From Basidiobolus ranarum (lineage: Eukaryota): a DNA stretch of 37,577 nt. The notes below the pieces were generated by a model, which saw only the letters and a list, made by a program, of their open reading frames with translations, did no database searches and was not told where the DNA came from. Both the position numbers and the translations under genes were made by a program. Positions within the stretch are counted from its first letter, which is position 1. Every line of letters begins with the position of its first letter. Positions 36,801-37,577 of this stretch are shown here, piece after piece. The DNA lies in NCBI GenBank assembly GCA_040143965.1, contig JASJQH010006928.1, forward strand, positions 1 to 37,577, written 5' to 3'.

Positions 36801-37577
36801 GATAGTTGGATGCAAAGTTGGGTAATCCAATCTAGAGAATATTACTAGCTTATATATTGGCTTTTGAGGTACAGAGATTGGGGAACTTGTCCCAGGGAAT
36901 ATGTTATTCTGCGTCTGTGTAATAATAGTTACATGCAGGTCCCTACTACACACAGAAAGATCTTCAAAAGTTTAACTGCAAACAGAAATATTCCCAATAA
37001 CTAGAATTCTAACATGTAATACATACAGCAAGTGATGCTACACTAGCTCTTTATTGTAGTTAATGAATTCCGTTATTCCTCTGAAGTTAGAAATACATAT
37101 GTGATACGTATGCAACCGAGAAAAACTGAGTAATATTACGCATTAATTGGCATCCTCAGGTAGTACAAAATAAATAGTGTAGCTTGGAATTATTAACCGT
37201 ATGCTCTCGGTGTATGAGTGAATAGAGGAATGAAACCGGTACTGGAAGCGCTAAATGGTAGCAGTGTTATTGTAATGACGGTGCTAATGCTAGTGCTTAC
37301 AATGCTGGAAGTTCCAATGGTGGTCGTAATCTAATGCTGACAATATAGTGTCAGCACTTATTGTTCTCATGGTATGGTTCTCGTGATATGGAAATGGTAG
37401 TAATGGTGGAAACACTGGCATATGATGTTCATCAGGAACGCTCTTCATATTAACTGGCTAACTATCGCTACATGCTTTAGTTAGTCCATCTTTACAGCCG
37501 CCAACATCCCATTTAGGCCTCCAAATCATCATCTGTTCAGGCTAAGATTACTTACTCCAAACATTCATTTGTTGCTT

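Noticed and set aside
37335-37356. 8-bp stem hairpin TGCTGACA...TGTCAGCA
   Set aside because: Short enough to arise by chance in 37 kb.

Overview
Eukaryotic, intron-rich DNA from a fungus. Short GT-AG introns, a minor-spliceosome protein and the gene families suggest an early-diverging lineage (Basidiobolus/Zoopagomycota-like is a tentative guess). Bases 1-25 kb form a dense, mostly housekeeping block: Snapin-like, MCM4, two tandem Cdc25-type RasGEFs, a DCAF7/WDR68-like WD40 gene, NOP53, the U11/U12 snRNP 35K gene, EMC5, a UPF0132-like membrane protein and a type-I membrane protein. From about 26 kb the window becomes gene-sparse and intron-poor. After a Pcl-type cyclin, every gene encodes a predicted exported product: a trypsin with a GPI-like tail, a signal-peptide-bearing YcaC-like hydrolase, a frameshifted KP4 killer-toxin-like pseudogene (split across three frames, so the ORF track shows only part of it), a disabled PA-domain subtilase, and an 8-Cys peptide with exact 11-residue periodicity. 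A degenerate long-inverted-repeat element sits among them. All family assignments come from recognising motifs by eye; no searches were run.
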